DNA of 63,653 nt, the filler included. It is 10 parts of 10 records of this genome, joined end to end, with 100 filler letters (N's around TTAATTAATTAA, not from the genome) between each part and the next. Parts side by side here need not be neighbours in the genome. Positions count along the whole stretch, not along the records: positions 20,527 to 26,268 come from SRR11831585_184; positions 26,369 to 39,709 come from SRR11831585_186; 8 more parts are not named here. One strand, given 5' to 3'. Shown here one piece after another: positions 24,462-35,522 of this stretch. The notes below the pieces were generated by a model, which did no database searches, was not told the DNA's origin, and worked only from the letters and a program-made list of their open reading frames with translations. A program made the translations under genes and the position numbers. Numbering within the stretch: position 1 is the first letter of the stretch; each line of letters begins with the position of its first letter.

Positions 24462-24534
24462 GATAAAATCCTTACAGAAAATCGGCTAAGAATGGTCCGG
24501 TAGTGGCGATAATTCTGCTCATCAGAATTCCCAC

Positions 24535-24756
24535 TCAGTTCAGGGTGACGCTCATCAGCCGGACATACGGACCAAAACTGTCCTTACGGCGTTCAGCAAA
24601 CACGGCCAGCACACCGGGAATATCCTGCACTTCACGACCGGTATACGCTTCAGCACTGCCGTGCCAGCGGTATTTACCGGTACAGAACGGAAAAAGACGG
24701 GATGTCGGATGTTGTTGGTGAATACGCATGGCTTCACCACGGGTGATAATTTTCAT
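24535..24756 (-). CDS. yeeT: DUF987 protein YeeT
   Basis: 73 aa MKIITRGEAMRIH..., position in module. Confidence 0.88.
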   Translation of the reverse strand: MKIITRGEAMRIHQQHPTSRLFPFCTGKYRWHGSAEAYTGREVQDIPGVLAVFAERRKDSFGPYVRLMSVTLN

Positions 24757-24818
24757 AATGGGATACCTCTGAAGACAGAAGATAAAAGTGAAAACAGGTG
24801 TGATGTGGTTGTGAAGGG

Positions 24819-25265
24819 TTAAAGCAGACCATGTTCGGCAAAGGAGAAAACCTGGTTGCCACCGACTATCAGATGGTCCGGCACCCGGATATCCACCAGG
24901 CCCAGTGCCTGTACCAGACGTTCGGTGATAAGCCGGTCTGCCTTACTGGGTGTGACTTCACCGGACGGGTGATTGTGTGCCAGTACCACGGCAGCGGCAT
25001 TGTGGTACAGGGCGCGTTTAATCACTTCCCGGGGATGGACTTCCGTGCGGTTGATGGTGCCGGTGAAGAGGGTTTCACCGGCAATCAGCTGATTCTGGTT
25101 GTTCAGATACAGCACCCGGAATTCTTCACGCTCCAGTCCCGCCATGTTCAGAATCAGCCATTCCCGTGCTGCACGGGTGGAGGTGAAGGCCACGCCGGGT
25201 TCATGAAGATGGCGGTCCAGGGTTTTCAGGGCCCGTTGAATGAGGCTGCGCTCGCCGGGCGTCAT
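24819..25265 (-). CDS. yeeS: RadC-like JAB domain protein
   Basis: EVHPREV, HNHPSG, DH JAB motif. Confidence 0.93.
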   Translation of the reverse strand: MTPGERSLIQRALKTLDRHLHEPGVAFTSTRAAREWLILNMAGLEREEFRVLYLNNQNQLIAGETLFTGTINRTEVHPREVIKRALYHNAAAVVLAHNHPSGEVTPSKADRLITERLVQALGLVDIRVPDHLIVGGNQVFSFAEHGLL

Positions 25266-26268
25266 CTCTCCTCTACTTTACCTTCGCGGATCTTATTCCT
25301 CATGGTTTCAACAGCGCCGGCATACTGATCACGGGGGACTTCCAGTTGCATGGGGCCATTATTTCCCATGTAACGATACTGTCCGTTTTGTCCGTCGAAT
25401 GCCGCACCGACGCTACGGGCTGCAGTTGAACAATATTTCGTCTGGATTTCTGTTCCGCTGACCAGTCTGTCTGCTCCATTTCTGGCATTATTATCACCGA
25501 GGATCCGTGCGTTTTTCAGACGGACTCTGTCGACAATATGGTTTCCCCGTTCAGCGGCAAACCCATGTCCCTGCCCTCCGGAAGCAAACATTTTCTCATT
25601 TGTACTCCAGGTTTCCGGCAGTTTCATGAGAATCAGACCATTCGCCGTTGCATCGGAAATAAAGCTGTTGTAAGGGCGTTCATAAATTTCCTGACACAGT
25701 GTTTCTGTTTCGCGACAAAGAGAGGAGCAGTACCATTCCGGATCCGGCTTATGATTTTCCGGGGCATGATGTACTTCTGTCAGCCCGCAGGAGGCACAGA
25801 TACGAAGCTCATCCACGTGATGGAATGATACAAAACGGCGACCTTCTGAAAAGGGATACCAGTCACCGCCGTCCAGGCAACGATCGAGAAAATCGTCATT
25901 CGCTTCCGGTGATAAATTCAGGCGGTTCCGGAAGAGCGTTTTCAGTTCATCAGGTGTGAATGACAGGTTCTCTTTCAACTGTTCGTTAAACCCTGCCATG
26001 TTTCTTTCATACCAGGCATTGTTCAGTAACCAGTTTCCGTCTGCCAGTTCAAATTCCCTCAGCTCTCCCCGGGAAATCCGTTGAGAAATGAGCGTCAGCC
26101 AGATGCGCTCCGTCAGTGAGTCAGGAAGGCTGTAATCGTTTTGCAAACTGGTCAGCCACGATTTACTGTTGAGCACCGGTTGTTCTTCCAGTGTCTGGCT
26201 GATGGCACAGGTCAGTTTTTTCAGCGCCTGGATCTGGCTGGCCGCCCATAGCAGCGTCACTAATGCAG
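25262..26268 (-). CDS. yeeR: YeeR (CP4-44), 3' part
   Basis: Open frame from contig edge; GHGFAAE and IQTKY motifs; synteny. Confidence 0.8.
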
Positions 26269-26368
26269 NNNNNNNNNNNNNNNNNNNNNNNNNNNNNNNN
26301 NNNNNNNNNNNNTTAATTAATTAANNNNNNNNNNNNNNNNNNNNNNNNNNNNNNNNNNNNNNNNNNNN

Positions 26369-26707
26369 GTAAAAATTTATTAGGTCAACAAAATCAAACA
26401 TCACGGAAAATGCAGGTGTATTTATCAAGTTCTGACTTGTTAACCAACAGCAACACAATACTGAAAGGTGCGGAAGATAATGGCGTAGGATTTATTCTTG
26501 AAAGTAATGGTTCGCCAGTCACACTTTTAAATATCACTAACAGCAGTAAAGGATATACAAATTTAAAGGAAAGTTGCGGCGAAGTCAAAACTTACAGATA
26601 CAACGGTTTCAATTCCGATAACAGCCAGTTACTACGTCTACGATACAAACAAAGTTAAATCTGGCGCACTGGAGGCAACCGCATTAATCAACGTGAAATA
26701 CGACTAA
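26369..26707 (+). CDS. yehA: Fimbrial adhesin YehA, 3' part, with apparent +1 frameshift
   Basis: Removing one A at 26570-26572 restores a pilin C-terminus ...ITASYYVY...GALEATALINVKYD*. Confidence 0.75.
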
Positions 26708-26763
26708 TAACAAGCAAGACGAGCAAGTGGCTAATAATAAAAAATAACAAGGTGTCTGCATTT

Positions 26764-26790
26764 CCCCCTCATGATGAGGGGGCTTTTTTT
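26764..26790 (+). terminator. Intrinsic terminator between yehA and rcnB
   Basis: CCCCCTCAT-G-ATGAGGGGG-C-T7. Confidence 0.75.
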
Positions 26791-27127
26791 AGCGATGATA
26801 AAAAATCTCACCGTCGTAGGCTTTAATGATTTTACCGTCGGTGTCGCTGATCAACACGTACGCGCCACCCATATAGGTCCAGTGCGTCCCGGCATCAGGC
26901 GCGGGCAGGTTACGCAACTGCCACTGCTTAATGTTGTACTCATCGGTACGGTACATTTCTGGTACGGTGTCCCCTGGTTTGAAATGCTTAAAGTCAGCAA
27001 TGAAACTACTTAACTCATACTTAGAAATTCCCGAGGTATTGGTCGAACCCGCGGTGGCTGGTGCGGCCCAGGCGGCACTGGTAACCAGCAAAAGCGCACC
27101 CAGCAACATCTTATTTTTAATGGTCAT
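26789..27127 (-). CDS. rcnB: Periplasmic Ni/Co homeostasis protein RcnB
   Basis: 112 aa with signal peptide, LPAPDAGTHW motif. Confidence 0.92.
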   Translation of the reverse strand: MTIKNKMLLGALLLVTSAAWAAPATAGSTNTSGISKYELSSFIADFKHFKPGDTVPEMYRTDEYNIKQWQLRNLPAPDAGTHWTYMGGAYVLISDTDGKIIKAYDGEIFYHR

Positions 27128-27345
27128 AAACTCTCCACTTTGGGGATCTGTAATATCAGTCGCATATCTTTCCTGCCATACAATATAACTGACAAGCGAT
27201 ATTTTGTTAGTGATCCCATGATTTCGTAAAAAGTGTAAATGAAAGGATGCCCTAAAAGCATCCTTAGCGAGCAGAGAGTCAGCGGAAATAGCTGATTTAA
27301 GAATCATCCTGGGCTGAAGATAACATGCAAGCCTAAAGGATTGAG

Positions 27346-28170
27346 TTATCGCATTATGCCCATGAAGCCATGTACGCCCATATACACACCGACTAAGCCA
27401 ATCAACAGACTGGAAAAATAGGGGGCGCGTTTAGCGAGAGTGTTAAATCCGCTCCAGCGTTTTGCGACCTGCTGAACGCTGATTGCTGCGCCAACGCCTA
27501 CGGTGACAAGCGTTAACGCCAGGCCAATGCTGAAACTGACGACCAGTGTTGCGCCCAGTGTCAGGGCTTTCAACTGAATGCATATCAACAGCACGGTAAT
27601 TGCTGCCGGGCAGGGGATAAGGCCACCGGTTAAGCCAAATAACAAAATTTGCCAGTTGGTGACCTCTCTACCATCAAAGCGTCGTTTAATGTCATTGGCA
27701 TGGGCTCGTGCATGGGCATCCTGATACTCGCCATGTTCGTGATGGTGATGATGTCCATGGTCGTGGTGATGTTCGTGATCGTGATGATGATGCTCATAAT
27801 CATGCCCGTGCATATTCTCCAGCCAGTTGCGTTCGCCGCGCCAGGTACGCCAGAACATCCAGAACGCGGTGCTAATAATGATCACTGCGGAAATCAGCTG
27901 GAGCCACGGTTCTGCTGATTGAGCAGTAAAGCGCTTGCTGATCACCATCCCGCCAAAGGCAATTAACCAGACCACTGCGGTATGCGAAATAGTTGCTGCC
28001 AGTCCGAGCATCACCGCTTGTTTAATGGTGCCTTTGATGGCGATGATAAACGCCGCCATCATCGTTTTTGAGTGCCCTGGTTCCAGGCCATGAAGCGCAC
28101 CAAGTAAGATGGCGCTGGGGATGAAGAACCAGGCGTTTCCTTGCTGAAGAAGAGTTGTAAATTCGGTCAT
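27346..28170 (-). CDS. rcnA: Ni/Co efflux protein RcnA
   Basis: HGLEPGHSKT motif, His-rich loop. Confidence 0.96.
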   Translation of the reverse strand: MTEFTTLLQQGNAWFFIPSAILLGALHGLEPGHSKTMMAAFIIAIKGTIKQAVMLGLAATISHTAVVWLIAFGGMVISKRFTAQSAEPWLQLISAVIIISTAFWMFWRTWRGERNWLENMHGHDYEHHHHDHEHHHDHGHHHHHEHGEYQDAHARAHANDIKRRFDGREVTNWQILLFGLTGGLIPCPAAITVLLICIQLKALTLGATLVVSFSIGLALTLVTVGVGAAISVQQVAKRWSGFNTLAKRAPYFSSLLIGLVGVYMGVHGFMGIMR

Positions 28171-28207
28171 GATAATAATTCTTAGTATTAATTCGGCAAT
28201 CTGATTC

Positions 28208-28242
28208 TACTCCCCCCCAGTACCTGATACTACCCCCCAGTA
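28208..28242. promoter_or_regulatory. Tandem RcnR operator sites
   Basis: Two TACT-(C-tract, 7 nt)-AGTA motifs between divergent rcnA and rcnR. Confidence 0.85.
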
Positions 28243-28290
28243 GATTAATAGTGCTATGATTTTTCATATTCTTGTTAACCAGGTGTTGCC

Positions 28291-28563
28291 ATGTCTCATA
28301 CAATCCGTGATAAACAGAAACTGAAAGCGCGTGCCAGTAAGATTCAGGGCCAGGTCGTGGCGCTCAAGAAAATGCTCGACGAGCCGCACGAATGCGCTGC
28401 AGTTTTACAACAGATTGCTGCTATCCGTGGCGCGGTAAACGGTCTGATGCGGGAAGTGATTAAAGGTCATCTGACGGAACACATCGTTCACCAGGGGGAT
28501 GAGCTAAAACGTGAAGAAGATCTGGATGTCGTTCTGAAGGTGCTGGATTCATATATCAAATAA
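28291..28563 (+). CDS. rcnR: Ni/Co-responsive repressor RcnR
   Basis: CsoR/RcnR family, MSHT...C35...H60/H64. Confidence 0.96.
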
Positions 28564-28660
28564 TTTATTAACGCGATTGTAAAACTGCCGTTTTTCCTCG
28601 TTTACAACGCGTGCGCTGGACATTACCATCCTCCTCTGCGATTTATCATCGCAACCAAAC

Positions 28661-28738
28661 GACTCGGGGTGCCCTTCTGCGTGAAGGCTGAGAAATACCC
28701 GTATCACCTGATCTGGATAATGCCAGCGTAGGGAAGTC
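28661..28738 (+). promoter_or_regulatory. TPP riboswitch aptamer of thiM
   Basis: GACTCGGGGTGCCC...CTGAGAAATACCCGTATCACCTGATCTGGATAATGCCAGCGTAGGGAAGTC upstream of thiM. Confidence 0.97.
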
Positions 28739-28785
28739 ACGGACCACCAGGTCATTGCTTCTTCACGTTATGGCAGGAGCAAACT

Positions 28786-29574
28786 ATGCAAGTCGACCTG
28801 CTGGGTTCAGCGCAATCTGCGCACGCGTTACACCTTTTTCACCAACATTCCCCTCTTGTGCACTGCATGACCAATGATGTGGTGCAAACCTTTACCGCCA
28901 ATACCTTGCTGGCGCTCGGTGCATCGCCAGCGATGGTTATCGAAACCGAAGAGGCCAGTCAGTTTGCGGCTATCGCCAGTGCCTTGTTGATTAACGTTGG
29001 CACACTGACGCAGCCACGCGCTCAGGCGATGCGTGCTGCCGTTGAGCAAGCAAAAAGCTCTCAAACACCCTGGACGCTTGATCCAGTAGCGGTGGGTGCG
29101 CTCGATTATCGCCGCCATTTTTGTCATGAACTTTTATCTTTTAAACCGGCAGCGATACGTGGTAATGCTTCGGAAATCATGGCATTAGCTGGCATTGCTA
29201 ATGGCGGACGGGGAGTGGATACCACTGACGCCGCAGCTAACGCGATACCCGCTGCACAAACACTGGCACGGGAAACTGGCGCAATCGTCGTGGTCACTGG
29301 CGAGATGGATTATGTTACCGATGGACATCGTATCATTGGTATTCACGGTGGTGATCCGTTAATGACCAAAGTGGTAGGAACTGGCTGTGCATTATCGGCG
29401 GTTGTCGCTGCCTGCTGTGCGTTACCAGGCGATACGCTGGAAAATGTCGCATCTGCCTGTCACTGGATGAAACAAGCCGGAGAACGCGCAGTCGCCAGAA
29501 GCGAGGGGCCAGGCAGTTTTGTTCCACATTTCCTTGATGCGCTCTGGCAATTGACGCAGGAGGTGCAGGCATGA
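28786..29574 (+). CDS. thiM: Hydroxyethylthiazole kinase
   Basis: [19 protein letters not shown] motifs. Confidence 0.97.
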
Positions 29575-30371
29575 AACGAATTAACGCTCTGACGATTGCC
29601 GGTACTGATCCGAGTGGTGGTGCGGGGATTCAGGCCGATCTTAAAACCTTCTCGGCACTTGGCGCTTATGGTTGCTCAGTTATTACTGCACTGGTGGCGC
29701 AAAATACCCGTGGCGTACAGTCGGTGTATCGCATTGAGCCTGATTTTGTCGCCGCCCAGCTCGATTCGGTGTTCAGCGATGTGCGAATCGATACCACTAA
29801 AATCGGTATGCTGGCGGAAACCGATATTGTTGAAGCGGTGGCAGAACGGTTGCAACGTTATCAGATCCAAAACGTGGTACTCGACACCGTTATGCTGGCA
29901 AAAAGCGGCGACCCGCTGCTTTCACCTTCGGCGGTTGCTACGCTGCGCAGTCGATTATTGCCACAGGTTTCATTAATAACGCCAAACTTGCCCGAAGCTG
30001 CCGCCTTGCTCGACGCGCCACACGCGCGCACCGAACAGGAAATGCTGGAACAAGGGCGATCGCTGTTGGCGATGGGCTGTGGCGCAGTGCTAATGAAAGG
30101 TGGTCATCTGGATGATGAGCAAAGCCCGGACTGGCTGTTTACCCGCGAGGGTGAACAACGGTTTACCGCACCGCGCATTATGACCAAAAACACCCACGGC
30201 ACTGGTTGTACACTCTCTGCGGCGTTGGCTGCACTACGCCCGCGCCATACAAACTGGGCTGACACCGTACAGGAGGCAAAAAGCTGGCTTTCATCGGCGT
30301 TAGCCCAGGCCGACACGCTGGAAGTTGGTCACGGTATTGGTCCGGTTCACCACTTCCACGCCTGGTGGTGA
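29571..30371 (+). CDS. thiD: HMP/HMP-P kinase
   Basis: [19 protein letters not shown] motifs. Confidence 0.97.
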
Positions 30372-30435
30372 GCACCGTACTATAGCTGCTTTGGTTATTG
30401 TCAGCCTTTGGCACTGACATTCAGGGATGAAACCA

Positions 30436-31254
30436 ATGCAGCTAAGAATTACCAGTCGAAAAAAACTCACCTCTCTATTATGCGCTCTTGGGCTAATTTC
30501 CATCGTTGCAATTTATCCGCGTCAGACGGTGAATTTTTTCTATTCGACAGCAGTTCAGATTACAGACTACATCCACTTCTACGGTTATCGCCCGGTTAAA
30601 TCTTTCGCTATTCGCATTCCTGCCAGTTACACCATTCACGGAATAGATGTTTCGCGCTGGCAGGAGCGGATCGACTGGCAGCGGGTGGCAAAAATGCGCG
30701 ACAATGGTATCCGCTTACAGTTTGCTTTTATTAAGGCGACGGAAGGCGAAAAGCTGGTGGACCCCTATTTTTCGCGTAACTGGCAACTAAGCCGCGAAAA
30801 TGGCCTGCTGCGTGGGGCGTATCATTATTTCTCCCCGTCGGTATCCGCTTCAGTTCAGGCGAGATTATTTCTGCAAACGGTGGATTTCTCACAAGGCGAT
30901 TTCCCTGCCGTGCTGGACGTAGAAGAACGGGGAAAATTATCGGCAAAAGAATTACGCAAGCGGGTAAGTCAGTGGCTAAAAATGGTCGAAAAAAGTACGG
31001 GGAAAAAGCCGATTATTTACTCAGGAGCCGTTTTTTATCACACCAATCTGGCGGGCTATTTCAATGAATATCCGTGGTGGGTGGCTCACTACTATCAACG
31101 TCGTCCGGACAATGACGGAATGGCCTGGCGCTTCTGGCAGCATTCCGACCGTGGACAGGTAGATGGCATCAATGGTCCGGTGGATTTTAATGTATTTAAT
31201 GGCACGGTGGAGGAGTTGCAGGCATTCGTTGATGGGATTAAAGAAACGCCTTAA
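30436..31254 (+). CDS. yegX: GH25 lysozyme-like protein
   Basis: GIDVSRWQ, IKATEG, LDVE GH25 motifs. Confidence 0.92.
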   Translation: MQLRITSRKKLTSLLCALGLISIVAIYPRQTVNFFYSTAVQITDYIHFYGYRPVKSFAIRIPASYTIHGIDVSRWQERIDWQRVAKMRDNGIRLQFAFIKATEGEKLVDPYFSRNWQLSRENGLLRGAYHYFSPSVSASVQARLFLQTVDFSQGDFPAVLDVEERGKLSAKELRKRVSQWLKMVEKSTGKKPIIYSGAVFYHTNLAGYFNEYPWWVAHYYQRRPDNDGMAWRFWQHSDRGQVDGINGPVDFNVFNGTVEELQAFVDGIKETP

Positions 31255-31305
31255 ATAAGAAGCAGTGATATACTCCCACCAGACTCCCCGGCAGGAAAAA
31301 GACAA

Positions 31306-32052
31306 ATGGAACAAGCGCATACCCAGCTGATTGCCCAACTGAACGAGCGTATTTTAGCGGCGGATAACACGCCGCTTTATATTAAGTTTGCCGAAACGGT
31401 AAAAAATGCCGTGCGCAGCGGGGTGCTGGAGCATGGCAATATTTTGCCCGGTGAGCGTGATTTAAGTCAGTTAACCGGCGTTTCGCGCATTACGGTGCGC
31501 AAGGCGATGCAGGCGCTGGAAGAAGAGGGTGTGGTGACGCGTTCGCGCGGTTACGGCACGCAGATCAACAACATCTTCGAATACTCGTTGAAAGAAGCGC
31601 GAGGTTTTTCTCAGCAGGTGGTATTGCGCGGGAAAAAGCCCGATACGCTATGGGTTAACAAGCGTGTCGTGAAATGTCCCGAAGAAGTCGCGCAGCAGCT
31701 GGCGGTCGAAGCAGGAAGTGATGTCTTTTTGCTTAAGCGTATTCGCTATGTCGATGAAGAAGCGGTATCGATTGAGGAATCGTGGGTTCCGGCGCATTTA
31801 ATTCATGATGTTGATGCCATCGGGATTTCACTTTATGACTATTTCCGCAGCCAGCACATTTACCCACAACGTACGCGTTCCCGCGTTAGCGCCCGGATGC
31901 CGGATGCCGAGTTTCAGTCACATATTCAGTTAGATAGCAAAATACCGGTGCTGGTGATCAAGCAAGTGGCGCTTGACCAACAGCAACGGCCTATTGAGTA
32001 CAGCATTAGCCACTGTCGCAGCGATCTATACGTTTTTGTGTGCGAGGAGTAG
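31306..32052 (+). CDS. yegW: GntR/HutC-family regulator
   Basis: wHTH plus UTRA domain, synteny. Confidence 0.92.
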   Translation: MEQAHTQLIAQLNERILAADNTPLYIKFAETVKNAVRSGVLEHGNILPGERDLSQLTGVSRITVRKAMQALEEEGVVTRSRGYGTQINNIFEYSLKEARGFSQQVVLRGKKPDTLWVNKRVVKCPEEVAQQLAVEAGSDVFLLKRIRYVDEEAVSIEESWVPAHLIHDVDAIGISLYDYFRSQHIYPQRTRSRVSARMPDAEFQSHIQLDSKIPVLVIKQVALDQQQRPIEYSISHCRSDLYVFVCEE

Positions 32053-32991
32053 TTCCTCGCGCGTTGGCGCACAATCACCGCCCCGATGCCCGACAACCCA
32101 CGACGCCACTGCATTGCCCAGTAATACGGCATCCGCCAGTGGCAGACCAGAGGCCAGCCCGGCAAGTACGCCACCGGCATGACTGTCGCCCGCCCCAATG
32201 GTGTCGACAACTTGCGTTGGAAATGCCGGAATGCAGCCAGAAGCGTCGTTGCTGAAATACCATGCGCCTTCTTTATCGAGACGAACGATCAACGGCGCGG
32301 CAAATTTCTCCTGCCATTGCTTGCCAAGTGTTGTTATCTCTGCGGATAAAGCAAAACGTTCGGCGGCAATCTCAGCCTCTTGACGATTGAGCGACACTAA
32401 AGGTCGACAGGCCATGATCCGCGCCAGTAATGCATCCGGGATATCGCCAATACGTGGGCCAAAATCGATAAACGGCGTCACGTCTTGCAGCTCTTCCAGC
32501 CATTCCACTAACAATTCGCCGCAGGGCGAGGCCAGTTGATAACCGGAAAAATAGAGCAGGCTGCCAGGCGCAACGGTTAATCGCGCCAGCCACTGGCGAT
32601 TCCACTGATTTTCAACACCGCTGAATGACATAAAAGTGCGTTCGCCATCCGGCTCAACCAGCGCCAGACACCAGCCGTTATCACCTTCGGCGTTATCGAT
32701 CAGGCTGATTAAGCCCTCTTTTGCCATCCGGTTGCGAATCATCTCCGCCCACACGCCCTGACCGAGCGGCAAGGCATTACCCGCTTCGATGCCGAGGCGC
32801 TTTAACGCCACGGCAATATTCAGTGCGCAGCCGCCAACGTTAACGCTCTGCTGTTTCAGTTCGATATCGCACCCACGCCAGGGGAGGGCATAAGCGTCGG
32901 CGATCACGTCAATGACCGCCGCGCCGACGACCATCACCGACTGACGCGTGGTTAATTCAGGCAGCAGCGTGTGTAATCGAGCGCCGCTCAT
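32026..32991 (-). CDS. yegV: PfkB-family sugar kinase
   Basis: DTIGAGDSH motif. Confidence 0.92.
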   Translation of the reverse strand: MSGARLHTLLPELTTRQSVMVVGAAVIDVIADAYALPWRGCDIELKQQSVNVGGCALNIAVALKRLGIEAGNALPLGQGVWAEMIRNRMAKEGLISLIDNAEGDNGWCLALVEPDGERTFMSFSGVENQWNRQWLARLTVAPGSLLYFSGYQLASPCGELLVEWLEELQDVTPFIDFGPRIGDIPDALLARIMACRPLVSLNRQEAEIAAERFALSAEITTLGKQWQEKFAAPLIVRLDKEGAWYFSNDASGCIPAFPTQVVDTIGAGDSHAGGVLAGLASGLPLADAVLLGNAVASWVVGHRGGDCAPTREELLLAHKNV

Positions 32992-33992
32992 ACCGCCTCC
33001 CGTTGTTGACGATATTTCGCCAGCGCTGTGGCATAGCGGTTGAAATCAAGCTGATTTACCGCATCCAGTTCCGCCTTTAACGCAGGATCGATAGCGTTAA
33101 CGCCATGCAACGCGCCGCAAATTGCCGTCGCCATAGCACCGATGGTGTCTGTGTCGCCGCCAAGGTTAGCGCACAGGACGGCGCAGCGATTCGGGTCGGT
33201 TTGTGCCAGTTCAACCAGCGCAATGGCGCACGGAACGGACTCAATAGTGCTGGTACCTGCGCCAACGACCTGGTAAAGCTGTTCGCTGGCGGATTCGGTG
33301 CCGTCGGCATTGCGCACAATTTTCAGCGCAATCTCCAGCCGCGCCGCCAGTGAGGCGCTGAACGTAGTGATGCGTTTTTGCTGTGCATGTCGCGCAATTG
33401 AAGGCAGGGAATCAACAATCGCTGACCAGCTTTCTCCGTCAATGGCACGAGAAATCGCCCATGCGATGACTACCGCGCCTGCAACCGCCAGATCGGATTT
33501 ATGGGTCGGGCTGGACGCCAGCGCTACATCATCAATAAAGGAATCAACATCACGCGCCGGAAGCAAACAACCTAATGGCGAGACGCGCATCGCTGCGCCG
33601 TTGGTCACGCCGTTGTTTTCCAGTTCAGCAACGGGTTTACCGTCGCGAATGGCGTTAAGCGCAATCTTCGAGGTCGGACCTAGTACGTTTTTGTTAAAGG
33701 CGTCGAAACGCAGCGCCCAGTCGAGAATATTACGCCCAATCAGATCCGGATCGATCTTGCCTTCACGTTCCAGTAACGCATCCGCCAGACACAGCGCCAT
33801 CGAGGTATCGTCGGTGAATTCGGCGCGGTTAAAATAACAGGCCGCGTTATTCTCCTTTGGTCCAGGAAGAAAACGGTCAATCCAGCCAAAGTGTGCTTTA
33901 ACGCGGCTGCGTGGCCAAAGCTCGGAGGGCATCCCCATCGCATCCCCTAACGCCTGCCCATAAAGAGCACCGAGAATACGTTCTGTTTTCAT
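32988..33992 (-). CDS. yegU: ADP-ribosylglycohydrolase-family protein
   Basis: GDAMG, TDDT, GGDTDT motifs. Confidence 0.92.
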   Translation of the reverse strand: MKTERILGALYGQALGDAMGMPSELWPRSRVKAHFGWIDRFLPGPKENNAACYFNRAEFTDDTSMALCLADALLEREGKIDPDLIGRNILDWALRFDAFNKNVLGPTSKIALNAIRDGKPVAELENNGVTNGAAMRVSPLGCLLPARDVDSFIDDVALASSPTHKSDLAVAGAVVIAWAISRAIDGESWSAIVDSLPSIARHAQQKRITTFSASLAARLEIALKIVRNADGTESASEQLYQVVGAGTSTIESVPCAIALVELAQTDPNRCAVLCANLGGDTDTIGAMATAICGALHGVNAIDPALKAELDAVNQLDFNRYATALAKYRQQREAV

Positions 33993-35266
33993 TTAACTTC
34001 CCCTTGTGTCAACGCAATATCGCGATCATCGACCTTGATAGCCGTAATTTCGTTGTCGGATTCGCGGAAAAAAATCATGAACAGCACGGCGATAATGGCA
34101 ATCATCACCGCGCCGAAAGTCCACATCCCGGACCAGTTGAAAGTCAGTCCGTTTACCGGTTCCTGATAAGCGAACATCTTTTCCATCATCACACCGCCAA
34201 GACGATAGCCGAGCAAACTGCCGAAGCCCTGGCAGCAGAGCGTGATCAGCCCCTGCGCAGCGGTACGCATATGCACGGGGGCTTTTTTATCGACATAGAT
34301 GTAAGCGGTAACGTAGTAAAAATCGTAACTTACGCCGTGAAGCAAAATACCGAGGAACAGTAACGCGTAGGTGAAATATTCATCCGCACTACCGTAAATA
34401 AAGAAGCCATAGCGGATCGCAGCGGTGACCAGACCAAGCAATAATACCTTTTTGATACCAAAGCGTTTAGTGAAAAACGGCAATGCCAGCATAAAGAAGA
34501 TTTCAGAGAACTGGCCGAGCGTCATCCAGCCGGTGGCGTTTTTCATGCCAACTTCGGTCAGATAACCGTTGGCAAAGATGTAATAGAACGCTAGTGGCAT
34601 CGCAAACAGGAATGAACAGAAGAAAAAGACGAGGAAGTTTTTATCGCGCAGCAGGATCAGCGCATCCAGGCCGAGCATGACTTTAATATCCATTTTGCCG
34701 GTGCTTTTTGGTGGCGTGTCGGGCAGGAAAAACGCAAACACACCGAGCAGAGCAGAACTTCCGGCGGTAATCAGCAGCGGGATGTTAGTCGGTGAGATAT
34801 CGGCATACCCCAGTATTTGCGGCAAGAAACCACATGCCAGACCGGAGGCAATCCAGCCGATAGTGCCCATCACACGAATGCGCGGGAAATCACGCTCAAC
34901 ATCCGGCACGTTGGCAAAAGCGATGCTGTTAGTCAGCGCAATGGTCGGCATATAGGTTAGCGAGTAGGCCAGCAGTAACGGGAAGAACCCGGCAAAAGTG
35001 GTCTGTTGCGCAGCGAAATACATCAGCAGCGCGCCTGCGAACATCAATACCGCCAGCACTTTTTGCGCCGAGAAAAAGCGGTCAGTGATGGAGCCAACCA
35101 GAATTGGCGACAGGATCGCCGCAATGGCGGTACAGGCATACGACCAGCCAATTTCTCCGGCACTAAAACCGCTTTTACTTAACCACAACCACAATGGCAC
35201 AAACCACGCGCCCCAGATAAACCATTCAACAAACATCATGAACGACAGCTTTGCTGTTGTTTTCAT
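33989..35266 (-). CDS. yegT: Nucleoside:H+ symporter family MFS transporter
   Basis: RVMGTIGW motif, MFS-type hydrophobic pattern. Confidence 0.92.
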   Translation of the reverse strand: MKTTAKLSFMMFVEWFIWGAWFVPLWLWLSKSGFSAGEIGWSYACTAIAAILSPILVGSITDRFFSAQKVLAVLMFAGALLMYFAAQQTTFAGFFPLLLAYSLTYMPTIALTNSIAFANVPDVERDFPRIRVMGTIGWIASGLACGFLPQILGYADISPTNIPLLITAGSSALLGVFAFFLPDTPPKSTGKMDIKVMLGLDALILLRDKNFLVFFFCSFLFAMPLAFYYIFANGYLTEVGMKNATGWMTLGQFSEIFFMLALPFFTKRFGIKKVLLLGLVTAAIRYGFFIYGSADEYFTYALLFLGILLHGVSYDFYYVTAYIYVDKKAPVHMRTAAQGLITLCCQGFGSLLGYRLGGVMMEKMFAYQEPVNGLTFNWSGMWTFGAVMIAIIAVLFMIFFRESDNEITAIKVDDRDIALTQGEVK

Positions 35267-35522
35267 CTTTTAATTCCTTCATGACAGGTAATGTAAGGTA
35301 CGCGATGACAATACCACTTAATAATACCTTTTAAATACCTTTGCGGTGAAAACTTGACCGCGCTAACATTTTTTCTGATGAATCGAGCCAACAGAAAACG
35401 CTGAAAAAACATCCAAAAGATGGAAAAACTCGCCCGTAACGACCAGGATTATGATTGCCCGCAAAAGGCGGGCCAGGACAATCCATAGCCGATATCCAAT
35501 CGGAATTTACGGGAGCATAGTA

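Larger units (their letters stand above)
23055..26268 (-). mobile_element. Part of cryptic prophage/island CP4-44
   Basis: yeeR-yeeS-yeeT-cbeA-cbtA-yeeW gene order. Confidence 0.85.
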
